A DNA stretch of 26,224 nucleotides, taken from positions 1 through 26,224 of the IMG/VR virus record IMGVR_UViG_3300043620_000003, one strand, 5' to 3'. Every line of letters begins with the position of its first letter. Position 1 is the stretch's first letter. Of this stretch, positions 24,748 to 26,224 are shown one piece after another. Below the pieces are notes generated by a model, which worked only from the letters and a program-made list of their open reading frames with translations, searched no databases and was not told the origin of the DNA. The position numbers and the translations under genes are program-made. The stretch comes from a virus. Lineage: Duplodnaviria; Caudoviricetes.

Positions 24748-25534
24748 CGCCGAATTAAATAATAACGCGCTCTATTCCATGTTTAAAGGCGAAGCTGGAA
24801 TGAGAAAATCAAGCGTTGCATTGTCTTATCCAACGCCTCAATATTGGTTTTCTTTTGATAAGAAAATGCGCGCCTTACTTCTTCCAATGCAAGCATTAAA
24901 ACTTGATCCATTGCTTGTAGATTATGATGATTACAAAGATTGGGATGCACCACGCAAGAAATTAGAAATTCTTCAATCTTCATGTAAATATAAGACAATT
25001 ATCATTGATTCCGTTACATCATGTGCTGATGCTATTCTTGCCCAAGGTAAGAAAATGAAATCAGGTGGTGGTAAGGTAATCAATGGCATTCAAGTTAATT
25101 CGATTGAAGATTATAATGCTGAAGATAGTGCATTAAGTGAAATGGTTGCATTAACTAAAGATATTCATGATTTTCATAAAGTAAATATTATTCTTATTGC
25201 TCATGTGATGGAAGTAACTAGTAAATCTCTCACTGGTGAAACTCATGTGAGTAGAACAATTGTAACTGCCGGTAAACGTATTAGTATCAAAATTCCCGCA
25301 TATTGTGAGGAAGTTTATCATTTTGATATTGAAACCGGCTTTGAAGAAGGTTCTGGAGGTGATTATAAATTAATTACAAGTCATACCGGAGATGATTTTG
25401 CCCGAACGTCTCTGCCATTACCTAAAACTATTAAGTTTAAGAGTAATGAAAACTTTTATGAGAAGTACATTTTAGAGGGCATCAAAAAATTAAAAACCGA
25501 TCTTGCAAACAATCCAATCGTCAAAATCCCTTAA
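24734..25534 (+). CDS. AAA_24 / Sak4-like RecA-fold single-strand annealing ATPase (266 aa)
   Basis: P-loop variant GEAGMRKS, Walker B TIIIDS, NIILIAH; lies between the exonuclease and the SSB-like gene. Confidence 0.8.
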   Translation: MPNLNAELNNNALYSMFKGEAGMRKSSVALSYPTPQYWFSFDKKMRALLLPMQALKLDPLLVDYDDYKDWDAPRKKLEILQSSCKYKTIIIDSVTSCADAILAQGKKMKSGGGKVINGIQVNSIEDYNAEDSALSEMVALTKDIHDFHKVNIILIAHVMEVTSKSLTGETHVSRTIVTAGKRISIKIPAYCEEVYHFDIETGFEEGSGGDYKLITSHTGDDFARTSLPLPKTIKFKSNENFYEKYILEGIKKLKTDLANNPIVKIP

Positions 25535-25547
25535 GGAAAATATTCCC

Positions 25548-25958
25548 ATGCCAATGATTGAATTCGATCAGAAATCACTTCTCCGTGGAAAGATTGTTAC
25601 GCCTGCGTGGTATCGCGTGCGTATTGAATCTGCGGGAACTAAGCCCAGTAAAGATGGTGGAAGCACGAATTATCCGATGGAAGGCGTGATTATTCGCAAT
25701 GCCGAAGATGGTTCAGAAGAATTTGCAGGTGTTCCACTCGATTGGAATTTCAATTCTAAGGCGATTGGATTTGCCGTTGGATTTTTCAATGCATTCGGTA
25801 TGACGCCTGAAACTGGTAAGCGTTATGAGCTGAATCATGCTGTTGGTAAGGAACTGGAAATTTTCGTTGAGAATGATACATACAACGGAAATGCAGTTAA
25901 TCGTGTGAACCATAAGTATCGTCAACTTCGTGAGGATGTCGAAAACGCGCCTGCTTAG
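25548..25958 (+). CDS. DUF669-like / phage single-stranded DNA-binding protein (136 aa)
   Basis: PAWYRVRIES...KPSKDG, AVGKELEIFVENDTYNG...NRV pattern; follows the Sak4-like gene; AAGGA upstream of ATG 25548. Confidence 0.7.
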   Translation: MPMIEFDQKSLLRGKIVTPAWYRVRIESAGTKPSKDGGSTNYPMEGVIIRNAEDGSEEFAGVPLDWNFNSKAIGFAVGFFNAFGMTPETGKRYELNHAVGKELEIFVENDTYNGNAVNRVNHKYRQLREDVENAPA

Positions 25959-25967
25959 TTAGTTGAC

Positions 25968-26074
25968 GTGGGACGTTATCGAATAATCGCAATAACGTTT
26001 CCTAAGAACGTAGAAAATAAGATAAACAATGACAAGGCTCCATTATAACCGAATCATTGGATTTGACGTCCCAT
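25968..26074 (+). other. Intergenic multi-branch stem-loop followed by a U-rich tract
   Basis: GTGGGACGTTA (25968-78) pairs with TGACGTCCCAT (26064-74); inner ACGTT/AACGT and CAATGA/TCATTG stems; then AATTTTTTATTT. Confidence 0.6.
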
Positions 26075-26095
26075 AATTTTTTATTTGAGGTTCAC

Positions 26096-26224
26096 ATGTT
26101 ACATTTTGAATCGCCTGATGACGAACTTCCTGATGATCCATCGCCTAGTGAAACTTTTGAAGATCCTGATGATGATGATGATCTTGAAGATAATTTAGAA
26201 GAGATTGCAGAAGACGATGAAGTA
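26096..26224 (+). CDS. Partial, highly acidic protein
   Basis: GAGGT RBS; MLHFESPDDELPDDPSPSETFEDPDDDDDLEDNLEEIAEDDEV runs off the window. Confidence 0.75.
   Translation, partial: MLHFESPDDELPDDPSPSETFEDPDDDDDLEDNLEEIAEDDEV

Noticed and set aside
1-26224. Stop-codon reassignment or tRNA genes
   Set aside because: Long genes are intact under the standard code, TAA, TGA and TAG are all used as stops, and I saw no cloverleaf with a T-loop motif in the intergenic gaps.

Overview
A 26 kb piece of a tailed dsDNA phage (Caudoviricetes) genome, roughly one-third G+C by eye, with two divergent arms. The minus arm (1-15.8 kb) is the packaging/head operon. In transcription order it encodes a putative TerS, about 6 kb of fibre, lysis-like and glycan-enzyme genes, TerL, small basic proteins, portal, scaffold, major capsid protein and two paralogous decoration-like proteins. 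The plus arm (17.4-26.2 kb) is an early/replication operon with many small Cys-rich proteins, an SNF2-type helicase, an HTH protein, a Cas4-like PD-(D/E)xK nuclease, a Sak4-like ATPase, an SSB-like protein and an acidic protein. Between the arms (15.8-17.45 kb) is a control region with three clear sigma70-type promoters, a GC-richer stand-alone gene and a 24-nt poly(T) tract. Signals the gene calls do not explain: (1) the palindrome GCGCGC occurs at 24 or more loci against about 1 expected; (2) a short S-I-[GAS]-P-S peptide motif is shared by four unrelated small late proteins, two of them missing from the ORF track, and is a candidate capsid cargo-targeting tag; (3) a set of long intergenic stems, some sharing sequence; (4) a near-identical 20-nt gene-junction sequence reused in both arms. 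All product calls come from motifs and gene context read by eye; no searches were run.
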